Positions 10,231-18,932 of a stretch of DNA of 64,000 nt are shown here, piece by piece. Origin of the DNA: an uncultured Holophagales bacterium. GTDB taxonomy: Bacteria > Acidobacteriota > Thermoanaerobaculia > Multivoradales > UBA5704. The stretch spans positions 1,504,001 through 1,568,000 of the forward strand of contig CAWJGT010000009.1 in NCBI GenBank assembly GCA_963842525.1, written 5' to 3'. A program made the position numbers and the translations under genes. How positions within the stretch are numbered: position 1 is the first letter of the stretch; every line of letters begins with the position of its first letter. The notes beneath the pieces were generated by a model. The model did no database searches. It was not told the DNA's origin and saw only the letters and a program-made list of their open reading frames with translations.

Positions 10231-10706
10231 CGGAGGTTGCGGCCGGGTGCAGGGACGGTGCCCGTGATCCTGGAGGTGCGGCGGGGGTGGATCTGCTGCT
10301 CCTGGGGAGCCGTGTCGAGGCTGAGGTACGGCTGACCGGCGAGCTCGCCGGGATCGTGATCCCCGCTTTGGCGCTGGTAGACGACCACGGGGGCGAGGTG
10401 GCCTATGTCCAGCTCGGCGGGGAGAGCTTCGACCGGGAGGTCCAGGTCGAGGCCCGCCAGGGAACCGCTAGCGCAGGTGCGGGGCATCACGCCCGTCGAC
10501 GAATTAGCAGCGCAGGCGGCTACCATAGCTCGATTCTTCCGGTGCGGTACGCGGCGGCCCCGGCTTCGGAGAGTCCGGGCTTGTTCCTCGTACTCCACGG
10601 CTGCCTCGTGGTTCTTTTGCCTGCGAGCCTCTCTTGCCGCCTGGGACCATTCTGAGGCGCGACTCTCGAGAGCGCGGTGTCGAGTCCCGCGTAATTCCGT
10701 GGCCAC
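10110..10706 (-). CDS. Hypothetical protein (strand ambiguous)
   Basis: Open frame with high GC3 and a helical-looking N-terminus; the antisense frame is also open. Confidence 0.25.
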   Translation of the reverse strand: MATELRGTRHRALESRASEWSQAAREARRQKNHEAAVEYEEQARTLRSRGRRVPHRKNRAMVAACAANSSTGVMPRTCASGSLAGLDLDLPVEALPAELDIGHLAPVVVYQRQSGDHDPGELAGQPYLSLDTAPQEQQIHPRRTSRITGTVPAPGRNLRSPRDETHGGPNGRLRKVPEGHVEALAEKAFLDRGAADRP

Positions 10707-10747
10707 CTTTTCGAAATATTTCGTGGCGGACAGAAGGGGGAAGAGAG

Positions 10748-10793
10748 CAGTCCCGGATTGGGCCGGGTGGCGGTGGAATCCGGGACTGTTTTT
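10748..10793. terminator. Hairpin downstream of the transposon operon
   Basis: 12-bp stem CAGTCCCGGATT/AATCCGGGACTG followed by a T-run on the + strand. Confidence 0.5.
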
Positions 10794-10829
10794 GACCGAA
10801 GGGGCCGAGTTTTCAGCAGTTGCTTTGAT

Positions 10830-11072
10830 TCATTCTGGTCTTCGCGCCCAGGAGTTGGCAATCCAGCGCCGCAGGCCGACACGGACGTTCTTGAAACGGG
10901 CGGCCGGCCGGTTGTTGTGATACCACCTGAAGGTCTTGGTCTCCTCGAGAATGTTGAGATCCTGGAAGTCTGCGATCAGCTCGTCGACAAACTCTTCGTC
11001 GAGCTTGCGATCGAACGGGTACTCGGGGACCTGGTTTTGCAGGTAGTCGAGGATGGGTTCGGGTGTGTTCAT
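10830..11072 (-). CDS. Small hypothetical protein of the transposon
   Basis: 80 aa, ATGA-coupled to the ATPase gene; typical codon usage. Confidence 0.7.
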   Translation of the reverse strand: MNTPEPILDYLQNQVPEYPFDRKLDEEFVDELIADFQDLNILEETKTFRWYHNNRPAARFKNVRVGLRRWIANSWARRPE

Positions 11073-11875
11073 GAGCGCATCTCCTCGGCGGCTTGCAGGA
11101 CGTGCTCGGGCTCGACGAGCTTGGCTCTGGAAGTGGCTGCGGCGGCCAGGGCGTGGTGGGCCAGGGTGTCGATTCTGCGCATGATGCCCTGGGAGGCTTC
11201 AAAGAGGGCTTCCTGGGCGGGGGCGGTGAAGAGGGGTCGATCCAGGCCGGCGATCTTGAGGCGATGTTCGAGGTAGCAGCAGGTGGTGTCTCGGTCGAAG
11301 CCGCGCAGGGTGAAGCGGATGGTGATGCGCTGAGCGAGGGCCTCCAGATGCGACAGGCGCAGGATCTGTCGCAATCCGGATTGACCGGCCAGGAGAAAGG
11401 CAAGCCGTCCTTCTGCGTCCCATTCAAAGTTGGCGAGCAGGGGGAAGAGGGCGAGGACGTCGGGCCTGAGGTTGTGGGCTTCGTCGACGATGAGCAGGAC
11501 GGTTATGTGGCGGTCTTTGACGAGGCGTTGGATCTCTTGCTGGACGAGGCGGAAGGTCATGGCGCGAGACCATTCGGGCTGGAGGCCGAGTGCAAGGGCG
11601 AGTTGGCGGCAGAAGTCGGCGGGGTTGACCAGGGTGTCGTGCAGGTACACAGCGCGCACCTGGTCGGGGTGGAGATCGTCGCGCAGTCGCCTCAGGGCGG
11701 TGGTTTTGCCGCTGCCCGGCTCGCCGGTGAGCAGGCCGATGGCCCTGGAGTCGACCAGGTAGCGCAGACGGCTGTGGAGCTCTTCGAGCCCCTGAGGCCG
11801 AAACAGAGAGTCGGCGGTGAGGGGGCCGTGGAAGGGCGGCCGGGTGAAGCCGAAGGCGGTGGTATAGAGGTTCAC
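11069..11875 (-). CDS. ExeA-family AAA+ ATPase (transposition helper)
   Basis: Walker A GEPGSGKT, Walker B LIVDEAH, LAGQ, LAQRI; GTG start overlaps the transposase stop. Confidence 0.9.
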   Translation of the reverse strand: MNLYTTAFGFTRPPFHGPLTADSLFRPQGLEELHSRLRYLVDSRAIGLLTGEPGSGKTTALRRLRDDLHPDQVRAVYLHDTLVNPADFCRQLALALGLQPEWSRAMTFRLVQQEIQRLVKDRHITVLLIVDEAHNLRPDVLALFPLLANFEWDAEGRLAFLLAGQSGLRQILRLSHLEALAQRITIRFTLRGFDRDTTCCYLEHRLKIAGLDRPLFTAPAQEALFEASQGIMRRIDTLAHHALAAAATSRAKLVEPEHVLQAAEEMRS

Positions 11876-13200
11876 TGGGGCTCCCCCTGATAGAACTTCT
11901 TGGCGATGAGCTCGAGGTAGCTGATGCCGGTGGTGGGCGCTTCTCTGGCCGGCTCGCTGTTTCTTTCGAGTCGGCGCAGGGTGGCGTTGGTGGCGAGGTC
12001 GAGCCGGCGCAGAGGCAGCTCGGCGCTCTGGCCTTTGCGGCAAAAGTGGACGGGCCGGGCGGGGTCATAGGGATCGTAGAGGACGTCGACGGTCTCACCG
12101 GCATAGCCATCGGGAGCCTCATAGAGACGGCCGTCGAGGTGGACGGTGCGGTCGCGGCCGACCCGGCGGGTGACCTTCATGCGCAGCCAGGCCTCCAGGT
12201 GCTCGGGGGCCGGGCGGATCAGGGCCTGGTCCTTCAGAAAGCGGTCCAGAGGCGTTTGCCCGTCCAGGCCGCCGTGGGCAGTCTGGTGATACTCGCCCTC
12301 CAGCCAGGCCCAGAAGACGCGGTTGAGCTGGGCCAGATCGGCGAGGACCTCGCTGGTGAGGTGGGGGACAAAGGCGGTGCGGACGTGGCGGAAGAAGCGC
12401 TCGATCTTGCCGCGACCGCGCGGCTTGTGGGGCCGGGAGTGGACCAGGGAGATGTTCAGCGTGGCGCAGATGACCTGCAGGTGGTGGGTGCGGAAGGTGG
12501 CGCCGTTGTCGCAGTAGAGCCGTCGCGGCAGGCCGCGGCGCAGCAGAGCCTGCTTCAGAGCGTCCTGGAAGCAGGCGGCGTTTTCGGCCAGGTAGAAGGC
12601 GGCAAACGGCACCATGCGCGAGGCGTCATCGAGGAAGGCGTAGAGGTAGGTCTTGCCGCCGTCCTTGCGCCCCGGCACCAGCAGGCGGGGCCCGTGCATC
12701 AGGTCGGAGGTCCACAGGTCGTTGACATGCGGAAAGGTGAAAGCCAAAGCGTCCGGCTCGGCGCTGGACCCTTGGCGGGCCGGCACCGCCTGGGCGGCGA
12801 AGAAGCGGTGCACGCTGCTGCGCGACAGCCGCAGATTGGGCGCAAAGCGGCCGCACAGATGCACGGCGCGGATCAGGCTGTCGAGCGAAGCACCGGGCCG
12901 CTCGGCCCGCAGCGCCAGCAGCAGATCCTGCACCTCCTCCGGGATCGCCCGCGAGCGCCCGGCATCGGTACGCGGGCCCGGCTTGAGCCCCTCAAACCCA
13001 TGGATCTGGTACAGCTCGAGCCAATCTCGCACCGTCGAACGGCCGACGTGGCTGCGCGCGCTGCCCGGGATCGTCCACGTCTTTTCCGCGATCGCACACA
13101 ACAGCTTCTCTTTTTCGCGTGGCGCCAACGGCCGGCTGATCAGCTCGGCAATGACGCTGTGGCGAAACAACGCAATCTGCTCTCTTTGGCTCTCATCCAT
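11872..13200 (-). CDS. DDE (rve/Mu-type) transposase
   Basis: LWTSDLMHG, AFLDDASR, LYCDNG, GKIERFF; Mu-transposase C-terminal RRVGRD..LDGRLYE. Confidence 0.92.
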   Translation of the reverse strand: MDESQREQIALFRHSVIAELISRPLAPREKEKLLCAIAEKTWTIPGSARSHVGRSTVRDWLELYQIHGFEGLKPGPRTDAGRSRAIPEEVQDLLLALRAERPGASLDSLIRAVHLCGRFAPNLRLSRSSVHRFFAAQAVPARQGSSAEPDALAFTFPHVNDLWTSDLMHGPRLLVPGRKDGGKTYLYAFLDDASRMVPFAAFYLAENAACFQDALKQALLRRGLPRRLYCDNGATFRTHHLQVICATLNISLVHSRPHKPRGRGKIERFFRHVRTAFVPHLTSEVLADLAQLNRVFWAWLEGEYHQTAHGGLDGQTPLDRFLKDQALIRPAPEHLEAWLRMKVTRRVGRDRTVHLDGRLYEAPDGYAGETVDVLYDPYDPARPVHFCRKGQSAELPLRRLDLATNATLRRLERNSEPAREAPTTGISYLELIAKKFYQGEPQ

Positions 13201-13291
13201 CGCACGAAGTCTCCGCAATCGGGCTCTGGGACCATCCCACAGCCCCCGCCAGTAGCTTCGTGGCAGAACCCTGCGATGGGTAGTTACCAAC

Positions 13292-13853
13292 CTATGGAGA
13301 GGCCTCCCCTGACCGCCAGGACGGCCGGCCGTGGCGGAACAGTCCGCTCACTCCGCCGAAAAAGCAGCCCCAGGACGACCACAGAAAGTGCCGCAGCCGC
13401 GTCAACCAACCCGCCGCCTGGCCCACCACCTCCTGCGCCCCCCGCCACCACGGAGCCGGCACTGGCCCCAGCAGCGCCTGCAGCTTGGCGGCAAAGGGCT
13501 CGTGCGCGCTGCGCAGCCAACCCCGCACCCGCCGCACCCCCGAACTGCCGCACTGCCCTGAAACCTCGGCGCCTTCGCTCGGACTCCCCGCAGCCAGACC
13601 CGCCTCCACGGCCGCCAAGGTCAAATCGCGATAGGCGCACGTCCTCCGGCAACACCGCATGGCTGACCCTGCAACGCGGGCACCGCACCCGCCGCAAGGC
13701 CTGAAGCACTCCTGCGAGGAAGCGCTTGTAGGAGCCGTGGCCCCGCAGACGGGTCCTCTGACAATCCGGATCCGGGCAGCTCAGCTCGGGAACCGCCCCG
13801 CCGTCCATCTGCTCTCGATACTGCTTGCAGCCCACGCCCTTCAGACTTAACAT
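13292..13853 (-). pseudogene. DUF6431-like zinc-finger gene, frameshifted near 13640
   Basis: CPDPDC..HGSYKR..RVRCPRC..SHAVLPED continues in another frame as CAYRDLTL. Confidence 0.7.
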
Positions 13854-14101
13854 GGCCTCCTCTCGGAAGCCCGTCGGGTCATCCCCGGTCCGCCAAAAGA
13901 CACAAGGAGAGCCCGGCGGGCTTCGCTTGCCTTGCCCGACCTCTCCACAGGCAAAATCGTCCCGCACTCCTGCGCCGACGAATCTACCTGACCACGCTGA
14001 AAACTGGGAAAAACTCAGGCGGCGGTCACGAAATAAGGCGGGCGTCTACAGCGCGGACAAGTGCTTCGAGGTCAGGGTCGAGCGTCATGCTGCCTCCAAT
14101 G

Positions 14102-15483
14102 GATAGAGGTCCCGTCAAGAGGTGTGTAAAAGATCAGGCGGCTTTCTCCTCCTCGAACCGGTTTTGGACTCGTACTCCATCGACGAACTGAGCTTCCCAG
14201 AAAGACCTCTTTGAGCTGCTCGGGAGCGTTGAGCCGACGGAATGTCTTCTCCGCGACCAAGAGCAATTTCCAGAGGACCGCGGTGGCGTTGGCCACCTTC
14301 TTATAGCGGCGTGCGGCGTCGGTGCGTAGCCGCAAGGCCGCAAACGGCGACTCGATCGGATTGGTGGTGCGCAGGTGCCGCCAATGAGCCTCCGGAAAGC
14401 GATAAAATGTGATTAGTCGCTCCCAGTCTCGATCCAAACACTCGGCGGCGGCCTCCTGGGACTGCTGACGGCACCAGCGCTGAAACTCCCGTTTGGCCGC
14501 CTCGGCTTGCTCTTGCCCGGGCGCATAGACGATCCGGCTCAGCAGCGGTTTGGCTGCGCTCTGAAGCCGTTTCGGCAGCTTGTCGAGAATGTTCAGCATC
14601 TTGTGGTTCCAGCAGCGCTGCTGCTCGGCCTCGGGGTAGACGTTGCCAAGCGCCCCCCAGATGCCCAGGTGGCCGTCACCGGCGACCAGCCGCGGGCACC
14701 TCAGGCCGCGACTTTTCAGGTCCCGCAGCACCGCAGACCAGCTCTGGCTGGATTCCCGGTGGCCGGGCGCCACCGTCAAGATCACCTTTTTGCCGTCCGA
14801 CAGCGCCCCCAGCACCACCAACACCGCGGCCCGGTCCTTTTCCAGGCCCGCCTTGACATAGATCCCGTCCACCCACAGGTAGACCACCTCCAGATCGGCC
14901 AGCGACCGCTGGCTCCACTGCACCATCTCGGCTTGCCACTTTTCCTTCAGCCGCGCCACTGTGCTGGCCGACAACGGGGCCTCTTGCCCGAGCAGGCCCC
15001 TGAGGGCCAAGTCGAAGTCCCCTTCCGCCAAACCATGCAGGTAAAGCTCCGGCAGGAGCTCGCCGACCTGCCGGCTGCGACGAGAAAACATCGGCAGCAG
15101 ACGGCTTTCAAACGGCTCCTCCGTGTTGCGCACGCGCGGTCGCCGTAGCCGGATCGTGCCGTTGCTCAGCGTCAGACGGCGAGGCTTGCCGTAGCCGTTG
15201 CGGTAGCCCGAAGGGGCGTCCACGGCAGCGCGCCGCTGTGATCTCAGGCGACCCAAGAACTCCGTAACCTCTTCTTCGAGAAGAGCTTGCAGGGTCTCTT
15301 GCATCTTTCCTCGTAGCCACTCCTCGAGATTCTCAAAGCATGGGCTTGACACGGTCGTAGCTTCGGTGGTCCTCTCTGTCATGGGCGGTGCCCTCCCTTT
15401 CCCCGGGCCCTCACCCGGGATTTTGGTTGACGATAGGGAGTCTACACCGCCTTCTCTGTTTCCACACCTTCTGAGGGTACCTC
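14102..15483 (-). mobile_element. IS256-family insertion sequence
   Basis: Imperfect IRs GAGGTCCCGTCAAGAGGTGTGTAAA (14106) and reverse-complement GAGGTACCCTCAGAAGGTGTGGAAA (15483); CCAATG on both flanks. Confidence 0.85.
14134..15382 (-). CDS. IS256 (Mutator) transposase, probable frameshift in the last ~20 codons
   Basis: YRNGY, YLWVDGIY, GDGHLG, QRCWNHK, LRTTNPIES; the native-looking C-terminus FVDGVRV..EKAA is in another frame. Confidence 0.9.
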
Positions 15484-15772
15484 CCAATGCGCGCTGAATC
15501 GCCTTAGGTGGCGGCACGGGAACGCCGCCGGCAACGATCCGAACCGCTACCCCGGTCCGGACCGAACCCCAGGAGATTGTGCCCGGCCGGGGGTGGTGGA
15601 ATGGAGCAGCACATCTTTGACTCGCCACTTGGGAACCATACGCGAGGTGTAGCGATCCTGCGGCCCTACCCCCTTCGGAGCAGGTCTCTCGCGAATGGTG
15701 GATGGCTCAGGAGCGGAACGAAACCCAAGCACGGACCTGCCAACCGGCCGCGCGTAGTATCTCCTCGCTTGG

Positions 15773-15793
15773 ATGGTATCTATATGGTATCTA
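15773..15793. repeat. Tandem ATGGTATCTA x2 (11-bp period), arm-type site candidate
   Basis: Direct repeat ~60 bp from the tRNA-Thr fragment, with an IHF-like site (TTTCAATAGCTTG, minus strand) between them. Confidence 0.5.
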
Positions 15794-15853
15794 CAGAGGC
15801 GCCTTGGCGCCCTGGTTGCCACCTGCAAGCTATTGAAAGTAGTTGAATTACGC

Positions 15854-15898
15854 TGGAGCCGACGATCGGGATTGAACCGATGACCTGCTGATTACGAA
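15854..15898 (-). pseudogene. 3' half of tRNA-Thr(CGT), an att-site remnant
   Basis: Minus strand TTCGTAATCAGCAGGTCATCGGTTCAATCCCGATCGTCGGCTCCA; acceptor 5' strand and D-arm are absent. Confidence 0.85.
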
Positions 15899-15899
15899 G

Positions 15900-16200
15900 C
15901 AGCGCATAGCCGAGCCGCTGTCCGATCCGCCAGCAGGGCATGGCTTTGAGGCGGCCCTCTGTGAGCTGCTGGTCCGCAGGAGCTGCGAGAGCGCGGCCGA
16001 GCAGGCCTCGGAAGCCATCGACCTGGCCGACCTCGCGGTCCACTTGGCCGACAGGATCTCGGAACAAGACCTCTTCGAGGCGCACTTGGTCTACCAGCTC
16101 CGAGTCTCACCTGGGCAAAGTCTCGGCAACGCCACCAAAGTCCAGAGAGATCTCCCCGGCGCCGAGCGGTGCATCGGCATGGCGGATACCTGGTGGGCGG
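15900..16200 (+). pseudogene. Fragment of a TPR-like helical protein
   Basis: LCELLVRRS..AIDLADLAVHLADRI..LGNATKVQRDLPGAE resembles TPR proteins I recall from Thermoanaerobaculia; no start codon. Confidence 0.5.
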
Positions 16201-16569
16201 GAGGAAGGCGAGGGCTGGAGGGATGGTACGGGAATAGCGAGCTGCGGCAATCCTGGCCAGGACCGTGGGGTGGTCCAAGGGGGCACGGCCCGGGCTCAGG
16301 TCTCCCGGGCCAGCGGTAGGGCGCCCTGTTACCGTGTACCAGTTCTGTACCAGTGCCGGCCAATACTCACCTGATCTCGGGAGATCATGGGCGATTGGGC
16401 GACCAACCGAAAGCGTTGCGTTTGTTGAGTTTACCGTCTGGCGACGTCTGGGGAGTGTTGGCGGGAAGCCGACTTGTTCTCTCATTCGGGCATCCCGTGC
16501 GCGCATAGAGAGAATCCTCGGAGTTTTAAGGTCCCACCCGCTGGACGCACTAGACTAAGACTAGGTCCT

Positions 16570-16760
16570 GACCGATGAGGTGCATGAGGAGGTTGGCGCC
16601 CGCGCCAGAAGCGTCGGACCGTCTCGATCTGCTCCAGCATGATCTCGTGCCGGTGGGTATAGCGGTCCGGGAAGAAGAGGAATGTCGTCGACGTTCCAGC
16701 CCGAGCCGAAGGAGACCGCGACGCGGGCTCCCAGAGAGGTTGTCGACTTCGACCTGGATT
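16570..16760 (-). pseudogene. Degraded copy of a MupA/Atu3671-type LLM monooxygenase gene
   Basis: VDNLS..RVAVSFGSGWNVDD / FLFFPDRY..RHEIMLEQIETVRRFWRG / GANLLMHLIGQ align to 20427-21545, with frameshifts and an internal deletion. Confidence 0.85.
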
Positions 16761-17365
16761 GGGCGGGCGTCGATACCCCAGGGTGTGGTGGAGATGGCTC
16801 TCCCCGGAGCACCAGGAGGAAGCCGGGCCGGCCCTCAAGAGCGGCGGCCAGCCGCTCCTCCAGCGGCGGAAGAGCGCCGCGGGCGAGGCTGGGGCGACGC
16901 AGGCCAGGGAGGGGACGCGGAAGCGTCTGCTTCTGGGTGTAGTTCCGCCTACATTAGCCAGTGGAAGAAGCGCTATGGAGAGTCAGAACTGGCCGGCTTC
17001 AGGGCCGTCAAATGCACCAGTTCGCTACCTCTGCAAACTAGAGAAACATTCGAAATTGTGACATTCTAGGGGAAACGCGCCCGTGGCCGGCGGTCGGGAG
17101 TCCTCCGCGAACGAATGGCTACGGGCCCTCCTTCAAGACCATAAGGTTGAGGTGCGGCGCTATAAGCACACCCTTACTCAACGACATCCAGGCCTGTAGC
17201 GAGATCCCGCGGGCCAGGGGGCGTCACTGGTTTGGCCTCCTTGATGCCGGGATTGGCTGCCCGACGCCTGCTCCCGCTTCGCCTCTCAGGTACCAGTGAG
17301 AATGAGAAAAGGTGCAACTTGCCTGCAGGTCTAGTTCCGAGCGATGCTTTCCAGGAGGGCCTTCC

Positions 17366-18673
17366 GTGGTTGAACATCGACAGTTCCGCTTGAAAGCATT
17401 TGAGGTGATTGGATCCGAGTCCATTGCCAGCGTGATCGAGCGCATGGTGGGCCACGAGGCCTTGCGCTGGTACATCTCCCGGATTACTGATCAGGAGATC
17501 ATAGTCGAGGCTACACTCGCGGAAGGGGAGATGTTCGCGCCCGAGACGGTGGCCGATCGTGCGTGGTATCCTGGCAGGGCGGTGGTGGTGAACCTTGTCC
17601 CCACCGGCATCGGTTGCGACTTGGGTGGATACGCGGGCGATGCGGCTCCGGCTACCAATCTGATGGCCGCCACGGCGGACTACCTTGTCACCAATCCGAA
17701 CGCCGTCAACGCCTCCAACTTCATCAGTATGACCGACAACGTGCTCTACACCGAAGGCCTCTGCATCGACCTGCTAATGAAGGGAGCCGTGGACCTTCAG
17801 GTACCCTATGCGAACAAGGTCGGCCTGATTATAGAGAAGACCAGTCCTGAGGACCTGGACCTAGTGTTCAACGTGATCAATACAGTCCGAGCTGTGTTCG
17901 GCATCGACGTGGTGGAGTACGTCGTCACTGACCAGTCTATCGGCAGCCACTGCCTCGAGAACGGCTCCGGAGCGTTTGTAGGTACGGTGGACCGGCCAGA
18001 TGTGCTCTTCGATGCCTGTGAGCAACTGATCCGCAAGGGCGTCAACGCGATCTCCGTGACCACCAACATCCAGGACCTCCCGTCGGAAGAGTACGTCAAG
18101 CACTTCGAAGGCGATTATCCGAACCCGCTGGGCGGAGTCGAGGCGATCATCTCGCACCTGATCGTCAACCGGTTCCAGGTGCCAGCGGCCCATGCGCCGA
18201 TGCTGAACAAGAAGGATCTTGAGCTGAACGACCCGATCGTTGACGCGCGCGGGGCCGGCGAGATGGCGTCTGCCAGCGGCCTCGCCTGCACCTTGATTGG
18301 CCTGCGGCGGGCGCCGCACATCAGCCGGCATCGCTGCTTCAACCCGGCGGACCTGGTGAATGTCCACAACGTGCTGGCAGTGGTCTGCCCGGCGAGTTCG
18401 TTGGGAGGCATCCCGGCGAGCTATGCCCATAAGCACGGCATTCCAATCCTGGCGGTGAAGGAGAATGGCACAGTGATGAAAGTGCCGGGTAGCAGGCTCG
18501 GTTTCGAAAACGTGATCGAAGTCGGCAACTATCTCGAGGCCACGGGTGTGCTGCTCGCGCTGCGTAAGGGGATCAGCCTCTCCTCGGTGCGGCGCCCGCT
18601 CCCGACGCTCCGGCATGGGATGGGCTCCACCGCGGAGAAGGCGAAGCCGCGAGCCCGATTCGAGGTGGTCTGA
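17366..18673 (+). CDS. DUF3326 domain-containing protein
   Basis: VPTGIGCDLGGYAGDA, LVTNPNAVNAS, GGVEAIISHLI, PAAHAP, NYLEATG; GTG start after RBS GGAGG. Confidence 0.85.
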   Translation: MVEHRQFRLKAFEVIGSESIASVIERMVGHEALRWYISRITDQEIIVEATLAEGEMFAPETVADRAWYPGRAVVVNLVPTGIGCDLGGYAGDAAPATNLMAATADYLVTNPNAVNASNFISMTDNVLYTEGLCIDLLMKGAVDLQVPYANKVGLIIEKTSPEDLDLVFNVINTVRAVFGIDVVEYVVTDQSIGSHCLENGSGAFVGTVDRPDVLFDACEQLIRKGVNAISVTTNIQDLPSEEYVKHFEGDYPNPLGGVEAIISHLIVNRFQVPAAHAPMLNKKDLELNDPIVDARGAGEMASASGLACTLIGLRRAPHISRHRCFNPADLVNVHNVLAVVCPASSLGGIPASYAHKHGIPILAVKENGTVMKVPGSRLGFENVIEVGNYLEATGVLLALRKGISLSSVRRPLPTLRHGMGSTAEKAKPRARFEVV

Positions 18674-18699
18674 AGCAAGTGCAGCGGAGGCGCACGAGC

Positions 18700-18835
18700 A
18701 CCTCTGTCGCTGAACACGACATCCGCGGGCAAGGCGATGAGATCGCGGAAGATCTGGCGCCTGAGGGTCCGCATAGCCCGCATCCGATTAGCCAGCAGGT
18801 GATACAAGCCGCTGGCGATCACCAAGAGGGTGTCT
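18700..18835 (-). pseudogene. C-terminal transposase fragment
   Basis: TLLVIASGLYHLLANRM..RQIFRDLI resembles transposase C-termini; flanked by a short IR pair AAAAGTCGG/CCGACTTTT (18838-18923). Confidence 0.4.
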
Positions 18836-18932
18836 GAAAAAGTCGGAGCGCCATCCAGGGATTTGTTCCAAACTCCCGGTTTCCAAGGCGACAGAACGAC
18901 CTCGGCCTCCACGACCGACTTTTCCCGAGCGC

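Larger units (their letters stand above)
10793..14028 (-). mobile_element. Mu/IS21-like transposon (DUF6431-like + DDE transposase + ExeA-type ATPase + small ORF)
   Basis: Four co-oriented genes; imperfect ends TGACCG..GAGTTTT..CAGTT at 10793 and (reverse complement) at 14028; no clear target duplication. Confidence 0.75.
5334..16400. mobile_element. Decayed integrative genomic island at tRNA-Leu
   Basis: tRNA + integrase + xis-like gene; lower GC; nested IS and pseudogenes; matching arm-type repeat at 16333-16357. The attR core was not found, so the right boundary is approximate. Confidence 0.65.

Noticed and set aside
11069-11875. Type II secretion ExeA
   Set aside because: It lacks the C-terminal membrane/peptidoglycan-binding region and is coupled to a DDE transposase, so it is a transposition ATPase.
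15854-15930. Functional tRNA-Thr
   Set aside because: No 5' acceptor strand or D-arm, and the anticodon stem is mismatched.
16955-17069. Small ORFs as a PEARL scaffold peptide
   Set aside because: No acidic/hydrophobic leader pattern, no convincing RBS and atypical codon usage.
17170-17310. Glycine riboswitch upstream of DUF3326 (CTCTCAGG)
   Set aside because: The other conserved elements (GGAGA, CCGAAG) are missing.
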